64,000 bases of DNA from Pseudomonadota bacterium (GTDB taxonomy: Bacteria > Pseudomonadota > Gammaproteobacteria > Burkholderiales > SG8-39). The position numbers and the translations under genes are program-made. Of this stretch, positions 9,488 to 17,916 are shown piece after piece. Position 1 is the stretch's first letter, and the number at the start of each line of letters is the position of its first letter. A model generated the notes under the pieces. The model ran no database searches. It saw only the letters and a list, made by a program, of their open reading frames with translations, and was not told where the DNA came from. The DNA is taken from assembly GCA_021811085.1 (NCBI GenBank), contig JAJZPQ010000001.1:1946-65945 (forward strand), given 5' to 3'.

Positions 9488-10020
9488 TCGCCGCTGCCGA
9501 CGGGCGCGTGGACGCTGCGCGCTACGTAGCCTCTCCCAACTGCGACGAGCGGCCGCCGGGCGCGGCGATTACGCTGCTGGTGATCCACAATATCAGCCTG
9601 CCGCCGGGGGAGTTCGGCGGCGAGGACATTGCCCGCCTGTTCACCAACGAACTCGACATTGCGGCCCATCCGTACTATCGCTCCCTGGCCGGGCTGCGCG
9701 TGTCGGCGCATTTCCTGATCCGGCGCACGGGCGAATTGCTGCAATTCGTGCCTTGTACGAAGCGCGCCTGGCACGCCGGAGCCTCCAGCTGGTGCGGGCG
9801 CAGCGGCTGCAACGACTTCTCCATCGGCATCGAACTGGAGGGCGCGGACGACGTGCCCTACACCGATGCGCAATATCGCGTGCTGGCCGAACTTGCGCGC
9901 GCGCTGCGGTCCGCCTATCCGATTACCGACATCGCCGGACACTGCGACATCGCACCGACGCGCAAGACCGATCCCGGCCCCAGCTTCGATTGGCCGCGCT
10001 TTCGCAGCTCGCTCGCCTGA
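9484..10020 (+). CDS. ampD: 1,6-anhydro-N-acetylmuramyl-L-alanine amidase AmpD
   Basis: 178 aa with SPNCDERP, LLVIHNISLPPGEFGG, SAHFLIRRTGELLQFV, RAWHAGAS and NDFSIGIELEG. Its ATG overlaps the stop of the upstream regulator (ATGA). Confidence 0.9.
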   Translation: MIAAADGRVDAARYVASPNCDERPPGAAITLLVIHNISLPPGEFGGEDIARLFTNELDIAAHPYYRSLAGLRVSAHFLIRRTGELLQFVPCTKRAWHAGASSWCGRSGCNDFSIGIELEGADDVPYTDAQYRVLAELARALRSAYPITDIAGHCDIAPTRKTDPGPSFDWPRFRSSLA

Positions 10021-10261
10021 GCGCGCATTGCGCGGCGGCGTGCGCCGCCGCACCTGCTGATTAAATTCAGGCCGTACGGCTGTAGCCGGGATACTGCCTA
10101 TGCCCGCGGCCAAGCGTCGCGCCAAATTTCCGTGGACTGCTCGAGCGCTGACCGACTCGGCCGCGGGGATTCTTCATCGACGCGCTTGCGGCCGGGTGCG
10201 GCGCGCTGCATTCGTGTTTTGTTGTTTTGCCGACGCGCGAACAGAAAACTGCAAAAAGTTC

Positions 10262-10290
10262 TTGCAAAATCAAAAGCGCATCACTAAAAT
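10262..10290 (+). promoter_or_regulatory. Sigma-70-type promoter candidate for nrdAB
   Basis: TTGCAA (10262-10267), a 17-nt spacer and TAAAAT (10285-10290), about 100 nt upstream of the nrdA start, in a locally AT-rich stretch. Confidence 0.6.
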
Positions 10291-10327
10291 TAGTTGCGAA
10301 GTGGTAATGAGCTACTATATATTGTGG
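10281..10327 (+). promoter_or_regulatory. Pair of NrdR boxes
   Basis: tCACTAAAATTAGTTg (10281-10296) and ctaCTATATATTGtgg (10312-10327) both fit the palindromic NrdR consensus acaCwAtATaTwGtgt. Their centres are 31 bp apart. Box 1 overlaps the -10 element. Confidence 0.75.
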
Positions 10328-10393
10328 TTGTAGGCGCAAGCGAGATATAGGGCCGGCTAAAGAAAAAGACAGCGATCGACGCACTAGAACAAG

Positions 10394-13270
10394 ATGGGGG
10401 AAATGCTTATGCAGCTTGTCACCGATTCACAAAAGTCGCTATCCGTGGCCGGTGCCAATGTTGCCGAAGTATCCGCAGTGCCCCAATCAGCGTATCCCGA
10501 ATACCGGATCATTCGCCGCAATGGCGCGGTGGTCGGATTCGGCCCGGGCAAGATCTCCGTCGCGATGACCAAGGCGTTTCTTGCGATCGAAGGCGGCCAG
10601 GGCGCGGCTTCCGCGCGCATCCGCGAAATGGTCGCCGGACTCACAGAGAGCGTGGTATCCGCACTGGCGCGGCGCCAGCCCGGCGGCGGCACGTTCCATA
10701 TAGAAGACATTCAGGATCAGGTCGAACTTGCGCTGATGCGCTCGGGCGAGCATGAGGTCGCCCGCGCCTACGTGCTCTACCGCGAGCAACGCACCAAGGC
10801 GCGCGCGCTGGAGCAGGCGAAGCAGAAGGAGAAGGCCGCGGCGCCCGAGCTGCATGTGCTCGACCACGGCGTGCGCCGCCCGATCGATCTGGCCGGCCTG
10901 AAGAATCTGCTCAAGGCATGCTGCGAGGGCCTGGGCGATGCGGTCGACCCGCGCATCATATTCAACGAGACGCTGAAGAATCTCTACGACGGCGTGCCGG
11001 TAGAAGAGATCCGCAAATCGGCGATTCTGTCGGCGCGCGCGCTGATCGAAAAGGATCCGGACTACAGCTATGTCACTGCGCGGCTGCTGCTGAACACCAT
11101 CCGCATCGAGATCCTGGGCGAAGAAGTGTCGCAGGCGCAGATGGCCAAGCGCTATGCCGATTATTTCCCGGAATTCATCAAACGCGGCATCGCCGCGGAA
11201 CTGCTGGACGAGCGTCTGGCCAAATTCGACCTGGCGCGGCTGGGCAAGGCGCTGGACGCCTCGCGCGACCTGAAGTTCGGCTATCTCGGCCTGCAGACCC
11301 TGTATGACCGCTACTTCCTGCACGAACAGGGGCAGCGCATCGAGTTGCCGCAGGCGTTTTTCATGCGCGTCGCGATGGGCCTCGCGCTGAACGAGATCGA
11401 CCGCGAGGCGCGCGCCATAGAGTTCTACCAGGTGCTGTCCTCGTTTGACTTCATGAGTTCGACGCCGACCCTGTTCAATTCGGGCACGCTGCGCTCGCAA
11501 CTGTCGAGCTGCTATCTGACCACGGTCGCGGACGACCTTGACGGCATTTACGAATCGATCAAGGACAATGCCCTGCTGGCGAAGTATGCGGGCGGGCTGG
11601 GCAACGACTGGACGCCGGTGCGCGCCCTGGGCTCGCACATCAAGGGCACGAACGGCAAGTCGCAGGGCGTGGTGCCGTTCCTGAAAGTGGTCAACGATAC
11701 CGCCGTGGCGGTGAACCAGGGCGGAAAGCGCAAGGGCGCGGTGTGTGCCTACCTCGAATCTTGGCACCTCGACATCGAGGAGTTCCTCGAGTTGCGGAAG
11801 AACACCGGCGACGACCGCCGCCGCACCCACGACATGAATACCGCCAACTGGATCCCGGATCTGTTCATGAAACGGGTGATGGAGAACGGCGAATGGACGC
11901 TATTCTCGCCCTCGGACTGCCCCGACCTGCACGACAAGTTCGGCAAGGAATTCGAAAAAGCCTATACCGACTACGAGGCAAAAGCCGCCCGCGGCGAGCA
12001 CAAGCTGTTCCGCAAGATTCCGGCGGTGCAACTGTGGCGCAAGATGCTGTCGATGCTGTTCGAGACCGGGCATCCCTGGATCACGTTCAAGGATCCGTGC
12101 AATATCCGTTCGCCGCAGTCCCACGTCGGCGTCGTGCACAGCTCGAACCTGTGCACCGAAATCACGCTCAACACCAACGAGCACGAAATCGCGGTGTGTA
12201 ACCTGGGTTCGGTGAATCTGGTCGCCCACCTCAAGGACGGCAAGCTCGATCACGCCAAGCTGCAGCGCACGATCGCCACCGCGATGCGTATGCTGGACAA
12301 CGTCATCGACATCAATTATTACGCCGTCGGCAAGGCGCGCAACTCCAATCTGAAACACCGGCCGGTGGGCATGGGCATCATGGGTTTCCAGGATTGCCTG
12401 CACCTGCTGCGCATCCCCTACGGCTCGAAGGAGGCGGTGGAGTTTGCCGACCGCTCGATGGAGGCGGTCGCCTATTTCGGTTACCTCGCCTCGACCGAAC
12501 TGGCCGAGGAGCGCGGCCGCTACTCTTCCTATCGCGGCTCGCTGTGGGACCGCGGCATCCTGCCGCAGGACACGCTGGCACTGCTGCGCGAGGAGCGCGG
12601 CGGCAATGTCGAAATCGATATGAGCGTGAGCATGGACTGGGACGGCTTGCGCGCGCGCATCAAGCAGCATGGCATGCGCAACTCCAATTGCCTCGCGATC
12701 GCCCCGACTGCTACGATCGCCAACATCATCGGCGTGTCGGCTTCGATCGAGCCCACTTACCAGAACCTGTATGTGAAGTCGAACCTTTCGGGCGAATTCA
12801 CGGTGGTCAACGAATATCTGGTGAACGACCTCAAGCGCCTGGGCCTGTGGGACGAAGTCATGATCGCCGACCTCAAGTATTTCGACGGCAATCTGGCCAA
12901 GATCGACCGCGTGCCGGCCGAACTGCGCAGCCTGTATGCGACCGCGTTCGAAGTCGAGCCGCTTTGGCTGGTCGAGGCGGCGGCGCGGCGGCAGAAATGG
13001 ATCGACCAGTCGCAGTCGCTCAATATCTATATGGGCGGCGCCTCGGGCAAGCGCCTGGACGATACCTACAAGCTCGCGTGGAAGCGCGGCCTGAAGACCA
13101 CTTATTACCTGCGTTCGATGGGAGCGACCCACGCCGAGAAATCCACGGTGAAGGCAGGGCAGCTGAACGCCGTGCCGGAGGGCGGGATGCCCGCCGCAGT
13201 CAAAAGCGCCGAGCAGGCCGAGCCGAAGTTCTGCGCCATCGACGACCCCGAATGCGAGGCCTGCCAGTAG
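10394..13270 (+). CDS. nrdA: Class Ia ribonucleoside-diphosphate reductase, alpha subunit
   Basis: 958 aa with an ATP-cone N-terminus, catalytic region NLCTEI, and the C-terminal redox pair CEAC at the very end. The exact start is uncertain (ATGs at 10394, 10406 and 10412). Confidence 0.95.
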   Translation: MGEMLMQLVTDSQKSLSVAGANVAEVSAVPQSAYPEYRIIRRNGAVVGFGPGKISVAMTKAFLAIEGGQGAASARIREMVAGLTESVVSALARRQPGGGTFHIEDIQDQVELALMRSGEHEVARAYVLYREQRTKARALEQAKQKEKAAAPELHVLDHGVRRPIDLAGLKNLLKACCEGLGDAVDPRIIFNETLKNLYDGVPVEEIRKSAILSARALIEKDPDYSYVTARLLLNTIRIEILGEEVSQAQMAKRYADYFPEFIKRGIAAELLDERLAKFDLARLGKALDASRDLKFGYLGLQTLYDRYFLHEQGQRIELPQAFFMRVAMGLALNEIDREARAIEFYQVLSSFDFMSSTPTLFNSGTLRSQLSSCYLTTVADDLDGIYESIKDNALLAKYAGGLGNDWTPVRALGSHIKGTNGKSQGVVPFLKVVNDTAVAVNQGGKRKGAVCAYLESWHLDIEEFLELRKNTGDDRRRTHDMNTANWIPDLFMKRVMENGEWTLFSPSDCPDLHDKFGKEFEKAYTDYEAKAARGEHKLFRKIPAVQLWRKMLSMLFETGHPWITFKDPCNIRSPQSHVGVVHSSNLCTEITLNTNEHEIAVCNLGSVNLVAHLKDGKLDHAKLQRTIATAMRMLDNVIDINYYAVGKARNSNLKHRPVGMGIMGFQDCLHLLRIPYGSKEAVEFADRSMEAVAYFGYLASTELAEERGRYSSYRGSLWDRGILPQDTLALLREERGGNVEIDMSVSMDWDGLRARIKQHGMRNSNCLAIAPTATIANIIGVSASIEPTYQNLYVKSNLSGEFTVVNEYLVNDLKRLGLWDEVMIADLKYFDGNLAKIDRVPAELRSLYATAFEVEPLWLVEAAARRQKWIDQSQSLNIYMGGASGKRLDDTYKLAWKRGLKTTYYLRSMGATHAEKSTVKAGQLNAVPEGGMPAAVKSAEQAEPKFCAIDDPECEACQ

Positions 13271-13291
13271 GCCGGTGACAAGACTGGAGAC

Positions 13292-14455
13292 ATGAACATG
13301 CTCAATTTTGAAGACGAAGTGGCGGTTTCCCCGATCCCCGGCCTAGGTCTGCAGCCGGTGCGGGGTTTCATGCCCGCGTCATCGGCGAGTGCCGTCGAGC
13401 GGCAGCAGAGCGCGCCCGCGGCGAGTGCCGAAGCGTCGCGCCGCATTCGCGTCGAAGACAAGCGCATCATCAACGGCGGCACCGATGTCAACCAGCTGGT
13501 GCCGTTCAAATACAAATGGGCCTGGGAAAAGTACCTGGCCGCCTGCGCCAACCACTGGATGCCGCAGGAAATCAACATGAGCCGCGACATCGCCACCTGG
13601 AAAGACCCGAACGGCCTGACCGAGGATGAGCGCCGCATCGTCAAGCGCAATCTGGGTTTTTTCGTCACTGCCGATTCGCTGGCCGCGAACAATATCGTGC
13701 TCGGCACCTACCGCCATATCAGCGCGCCGGAATGCCGCCAGTATCTGCTGCGCCAGGCGTTCGAAGAGGCCATCCACACCCATGCCTACCAGTACATTGT
13801 CGAGTCCCTGGGCTTGGATGAAGGCGAGGTGTTCAATGCCTATCACGAGATCGCCAGCATTCGCGCCAAGGACGAGTTCCTGATCCCGTTCATCGACACG
13901 CTGACCAATCCCGCGTTCAAGACCGGTACCGCCGAAGCCGACCAGCAATTGCTGAAGAGCCTGATCGTATTCGCCTGCATCATGGAGGGGCTGTTCTTCT
14001 ATGTCGGCTTTGCCCAGATTCTCGCGATGGGCCGGCAAAACAAGATGACCGGCGCGGCCGAGCAGTACCAGTACATTCTGCGCGACGAGTCGATGCACTG
14101 CAATTTCGGCATCGACCTGATCAACCAGATCAAGATGGAAAATCCGCATCTGTGGACCCCGGCTTTCCGCGAGGAGATCCAGGGCTACGTAAAAACGGCG
14201 GTCGAGCTCGAGTACCGATACGCGGAGGACACCATGCCGCGCGGCGTGCTGGGCTTGAACGCGCCGATGTTCAAGGAATATCTACGCTACATCGCCAATC
14301 GCCGTTGCCAGCAGATCGGCGTGGAGCAGCTCTATCCGGGGGCTGGCAACCCCTTCCCCTGGATGAGCGAAATGATAGACCTGAAGAAAGAGCGCAACTT
14401 CTTCGAAACCCGGGTCATCGAGTACCAGACCGGAGGCGCGCTCAGTTGGGATTAG
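13292..14455 (+). CDS. nrdB: Class Ia ribonucleotide reductase, beta subunit
   Basis: 387 aa with di-iron and radical motifs ([36 protein letters not shown]). It starts 21 nt downstream of nrdA. Confidence 0.95.
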   Translation: MNMLNFEDEVAVSPIPGLGLQPVRGFMPASSASAVERQQSAPAASAEASRRIRVEDKRIINGGTDVNQLVPFKYKWAWEKYLAACANHWMPQEINMSRDIATWKDPNGLTEDERRIVKRNLGFFVTADSLAANNIVLGTYRHISAPECRQYLLRQAFEEAIHTHAYQYIVESLGLDEGEVFNAYHEIASIRAKDEFLIPFIDTLTNPAFKTGTAEADQQLLKSLIVFACIMEGLFFYVGFAQILAMGRQNKMTGAAEQYQYILRDESMHCNFGIDLINQIKMENPHLWTPAFREEIQGYVKTAVELEYRYAEDTMPRGVLGLNAPMFKEYLRYIANRRCQQIGVEQLYPGAGNPFPWMSEMIDLKKERNFFETRVIEYQTGGALSWD

Positions 14456-14492
14456 CAGACTTCAATACGTTGGCGTCGGGGGGCAGGTAGGC

Positions 14493-14741
14493 ATGCATCA
14501 ATTGACCGAGTTTCGGGCAGACAGCGACTACAGCTTGTGGCTGCGTTTCGACGACGGGGTGGAAGGAAGCGTGTTTCTGGGTAATTTGCTGGAAATCGGT
14601 GCATTCAAACTTTGGCGCGACCGGGAGCAGTTCCGGCGCGTGGCGATCGATCCGAGCGCAAAGACTCTGGTTTGGGACGGCGGGATCGAACTTGATCCCG
14701 CTGTTTTGTATCGTGACCTGCTGGAACGCAAGGCCGCATGA
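14493..14741 (+). CDS. DUF2442-like small protein
   Basis: 82 aa. The pattern YSLWLRFDDGVEGSVFL...W..GIELDPAVLY resembles DUF2442 by eye. No DUF4160-type partner lies adjacent. Confidence 0.5.
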   Translation: MHQLTEFRADSDYSLWLRFDDGVEGSVFLGNLLEIGAFKLWRDREQFRRVAIDPSAKTLVWDGGIELDPAVLYRDLLERKAA

Positions 14742-14867
14742 GGCCGGCGTGCTGGCAGGCAAGGGATTCGTCTGGCCGGGGCTCGCTCCGGCCGGGCGGA
14801 TAATCCGGGCTATCGTAGCCGGGTTTGCAGTAGTTGTTTTTCTTTAACTTGAAGAAGGAGCTTTACC

Positions 14868-15221
14868 ATGGCAACGAAGAAAAAAGCAAAGAAAGCAGCG
14901 AAAAAACCGGCTAAAAAAGCCAAGAAAAAGAGGGCAGTAGCTAAAAAGCCTGCAAAAAAGAAAGCGGCCAAGAAAAAGGCCGCCAAGAAAAAACCTGCGA
15001 AAAAAAAAGCGGCTAAAAAAAAGCCCGCTAAAAAGGCCAAAAAGCCAGCCGCCAAAAAGAAAGCGGCAAAAAAAAAGGCTAAACCTGCTGTGAAACCGGC
15101 GAAGCCGGCAGCACGTTCGATGATGGCTCCAGCAGCCCCATCGACTGCGGCGACGCCAGGGGCGAAAACCGCCCTGAATCCGGCAGCAGCTTGGCCTTTT
15201 CCGACAGGCTCAAGGCCTTAG
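14868..15221 (+). CDS. Histone H1-like Lys/Ala-rich nucleoid protein (AKKA/PAKK repeats)
   Basis: 117 aa. The first ~75 residues are almost only K, A and P in KKPAKKA-type repeats. A good SD (GAAGGAG) precedes the ATG. The antisense F/A-rich ORF 14810..15055 is a mirror artefact. Confidence 0.8.
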   Translation: MATKKKAKKAAKKPAKKAKKKRAVAKKPAKKKAAKKKAAKKKPAKKKAAKKKPAKKAKKPAAKKKAAKKKAKPAVKPAKPAARSMMAPAAPSTAATPGAKTALNPAAAWPFPTGSRP

Positions 15222-15459
15222 CGTAGGTAAGGATGTCTCGCGGTCAGCCCTAGCGCAAGCGAAGGCTGTACCGCGGACATTCGCCCTAAACTGATTTGTC
15301 CCCGGCTGCGTTATCCGCTAACGCGATTGCAGCTAATGCGGCTGGGATCATTTCTTGGGCAGGCCAGACCCATAAGTAGATTGCCTGAAGTCCGGGGTGG
15401 CGTCAATTTCGGGTTCGGATCTGTAATTGTTGCGTCGCAGCACAGCATTTGGGCTGTGC

Positions 15460-15488
15460 TTGACATAAGTCAAATGATTCAATAGAAT
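15460..15488 (+). promoter_or_regulatory. Near-consensus sigma-70 promoter inside a 580-nt intergenic region
   Basis: TTGACA (15460-15465), a 17-nt spacer and TAGAAT (15483-15488). The predicted transcription start is ~310 nt upstream of the next start codon (15805). Confidence 0.55.
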
Positions 15489-15804
15489 AGCGCCTGTTGC
15501 ATTACATCACGTCGGTATCCGCCGCAAAACCGGCTAGTAGTCGAGCCAGGGTTTGGTCGTAGTTTCTTAGAGTTCGAACGGCACTTTAACAAGCCGTTTC
15601 AAGTAACTAGAATTTAGAAGTTTTGCTCAGGGAATAGTGTGCGTATCACGCGCGCTCGCTTGACTGCGAGCCGCAGGGCGCAAGCTGACCTGGGCAGCAC
15701 GAGCGCAGGCGGCATTTATAATGACGCTTGGCGCTCCTAAGACTGGGTCGCGCAGTGACGTGGTCCAGCCGGTTTGTTGCGCTTTTTAGGTAAGGAGGTA
15801 CCAC

Positions 15805-16485
15805 ATGGACAATCTGAAACAGTTTGCCCTGCGAACCTACACATTAACTACCGCATTCCTGCACAACGGCCTGGCTGTGTTCGGGGCTGTTGCGGCTATC
15901 GCACTGCTGATGGGAGCCCGCCCGGTCGTGGACCAGGGTGCACCGTCCGGACCCGCATCCGCGGCGTTCGGCACCATCCGCCACGAGGGCATTTCCCTGC
16001 TCGTTCCGGCTGCCGATAACGAAAAGCCGGAATACCGCACGCTCGCCGTGTATCTGTCGCGTCGCTACAAGGTGGCGCAGGAGGCAACCGAACAATTGGT
16101 GGGAGCTGCGCATGAGGCTGGCAGCCGCACCGGGATGGATCCTCTGCTGCTGTTGGCCGTGATGGCGGTCGAGTCGCGCTTCAATCCGATTGCCGAGAGC
16201 GTAATGGGTGCCAAGGGCCTGATGCAGGTGATCCCGAAGTTCCATCAGGACAAGCTCGACGCGCTGGGCGGGGAGGACGCAGTCTTCGATCCGATGACCA
16301 ACATCATGGTCGGTGCGCGCATACTCAAGGACGCGGTGCGCCGTGGCGGCGGCCTGATGCCCGGGCTGCAACTCTACGCCGGCGCGTTCGGCGACGATAG
16401 CCAGCAGTACGCGCAGAAAGTGCTCGCCGAGAAGCAGCGCATGCAGGAAATGCTCAAGCGCGCGCGGCCGCAGACAGCGGCTTAG
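15805..16485 (+). CDS. Lytic transglycosylase (SLT domain) with an N-terminal membrane anchor
   Basis: 226 aa with SD TAAGGAGG. Catalytic region is LLLAVMAVESRFNPIAESVMGAKGLMQVIP. Confidence 0.88.
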   Translation: MDNLKQFALRTYTLTTAFLHNGLAVFGAVAAIALLMGARPVVDQGAPSGPASAAFGTIRHEGISLLVPAADNEKPEYRTLAVYLSRRYKVAQEATEQLVGAAHEAGSRTGMDPLLLLAVMAVESRFNPIAESVMGAKGLMQVIPKFHQDKLDALGGEDAVFDPMTNIMVGARILKDAVRRGGGLMPGLQLYAGAFGDDSQQYAQKVLAEKQRMQEMLKRARPQTAA

Positions 16486-16515
16486 GGCCTAGAACGATAC
16501 GCGGGGATCCAGGCG

Positions 16516-16541
16516 GGAACGGAAGGGTCCCGCCCCTTCCT
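16516..16541. repeat. Second copy (inverted) of the REP-like hairpin seen at 2007-2033
   Basis: ggaacggaagggtcccgccccttcct, located in the spacer between two convergent genes. Confidence 0.6.
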
Positions 16542-16599
16542 CTGCCCCTCGTGCTCCCCTGAATCGGACCGTAGCAAAATGGCTTCTTGCTACGGAATC

Positions 16600-17757
16600 T
16601 CAAGCGCACAGAAATTCACGCAGCCGGCGCACGCCTTCGCGCAGATCGCCCATTGAGCGCGTATAGGCGAAGCGCACGTAGCGCTCGGCCTGATAGGCGC
16701 CGAAATCCTTGCCCGGCGTGATCGCGACACCGGCCTCGTTCAGCAGGTCCAGGGCGAATTTTCCGCTGTCCGCGGCAAAGCGTTCGATGCCGGCGTAAAT
16801 GTAGAACGCCCCTTGCGGAGTGACCGGAATCGAGAATCCCAGTTCGCGCAGCGCAGGCAGCAGATAATCGCGCCGCCGCCTGAATTCTTCACGGCGCTCC
16901 TCCAGTATCTGGGTCGTCTCCGGCGCAAACGCGGCGAGGCCGGCGTACTGGGCCGGCGCCGAAGGGCAGATAAAGGCGTTCTGGGCGAAGCTTTCGACCT
17001 CGCGCACGCAGTCCTGCGGTACGACCAGCCAGCCGAGGCGCCAGCCGGTCATGCTGAAATATTTGGAAAAGCTGTTCACCACAAAAATGCGGTCCGAGTA
17101 GGCGAGCGCGCTGGCGAACTCGCTCGCATAGGTGAGTCCCTGGTAGATCTCGTCGACGATCGCCACGCCGCCGCGCGCATGGACCGTCTCGATGATGGCG
17201 CGCAACGCCTCGGGCGTGAGCATGGTTCCGGTGGGGTTGGACGGGGAGGCGATAAGCACGCCGCGCGTTTTCTCCGACCAATGGGCCGCGATGAGTTCGG
17301 GCGTGAGCTGGTATTGCGTCTGCGGTCCGACCGGGATGCTGTTGACCCGGCCTTCGAAGAAGCGCACGAAGTGGCGGTTGCAGGGATAGGCCGGGTCAGG
17401 CATGAGGAACTCATCGCCGGGATTGACCAGCACGCCGGTTGCGGTCAGGAGTGCGCCGGAAGCGCCGGCGGTGACCGCGATGCGGGAGGCAGGGACATCC
17501 AGGCGATAGCGCTCGCGGTAGTGCTGCGAAATCGCCTGGCGCAACAGCGGCATGCCCAGCGCCGAGGTGTAGTGGATCGGGTTGTGCTTCAGCGCTTCGC
17601 TGCATGCGGCGATGACCGGGTCGGGTGCGCTGAAGTCGGGCTCGCCGATCTGCATCTGCACGATATGTTTGCCCTGCGACTCCAGTTCCTTCGCGCGATT
17701 CCAAATTTCCATCACTTGGAAGGGCTGGATTTCGGCCATTCTGCGGGCGAGCGACAT
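16600..17757 (-). CDS. Class I/II PLP-dependent aminotransferase (aspartate/aromatic type)
   Basis: 385 aa. The PLP-lysine motif is NSFSKYFSMTGWRLGW, and the N-terminal region MQIGEPDF is typical of the family. Confidence 0.88.
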   Translation of the reverse strand: MSLARRMAEIQPFQVMEIWNRAKELESQGKHIVQMQIGEPDFSAPDPVIAACSEALKHNPIHYTSALGMPLLRQAISQHYRERYRLDVPASRIAVTAGASGALLTATGVLVNPGDEFLMPDPAYPCNRHFVRFFEGRVNSIPVGPQTQYQLTPELIAAHWSEKTRGVLIASPSNPTGTMLTPEALRAIIETVHARGGVAIVDEIYQGLTYASEFASALAYSDRIFVVNSFSKYFSMTGWRLGWLVVPQDCVREVESFAQNAFICPSAPAQYAGLAAFAPETTQILEERREEFRRRRDYLLPALRELGFSIPVTPQGAFYIYAGIERFAADSGKFALDLLNEAGVAITPGKDFGAYQAERYVRFAYTRSMGDLREGVRRLREFLCA

Positions 17758-17916
17758 GCCTGCATTATGACATCAGTCGTCGCGCCGGCTCGAACGGTTT
17801 TCGCAGCTTGCGCGGCTCATCGCGGCGCCGGCTGCGTGCGCCGGCGGTTAGCGTTCCATTGGTCGCGGGACTATAATCCGCCCCTCCGCCAGCCGGTTTC
17901 ATACCCAGGAACAATC

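Noticed and set aside
14810-15055. 81-aa Phe/Ala/Leu-rich ORF (FFLAAFF repeats) on the - strand
   Set aside because: It is the reverse-complement mirror of the Lys/Ala repeat gene (AAA/GCC codons read as TTT/GGC). The + strand gene has an SD and a sensible non-repeat C-terminus.
15541-15600. T-loop-like GTTCGAA (15572-15578) suggesting a tRNA or tmRNA fragment
   Set aside because: No acceptor-stem complementarity, no D-arm and no anticodon-arm geometry are present around it. I found no tRNA, rRNA, tmRNA or RNase P-like sequence anywhere in the window.
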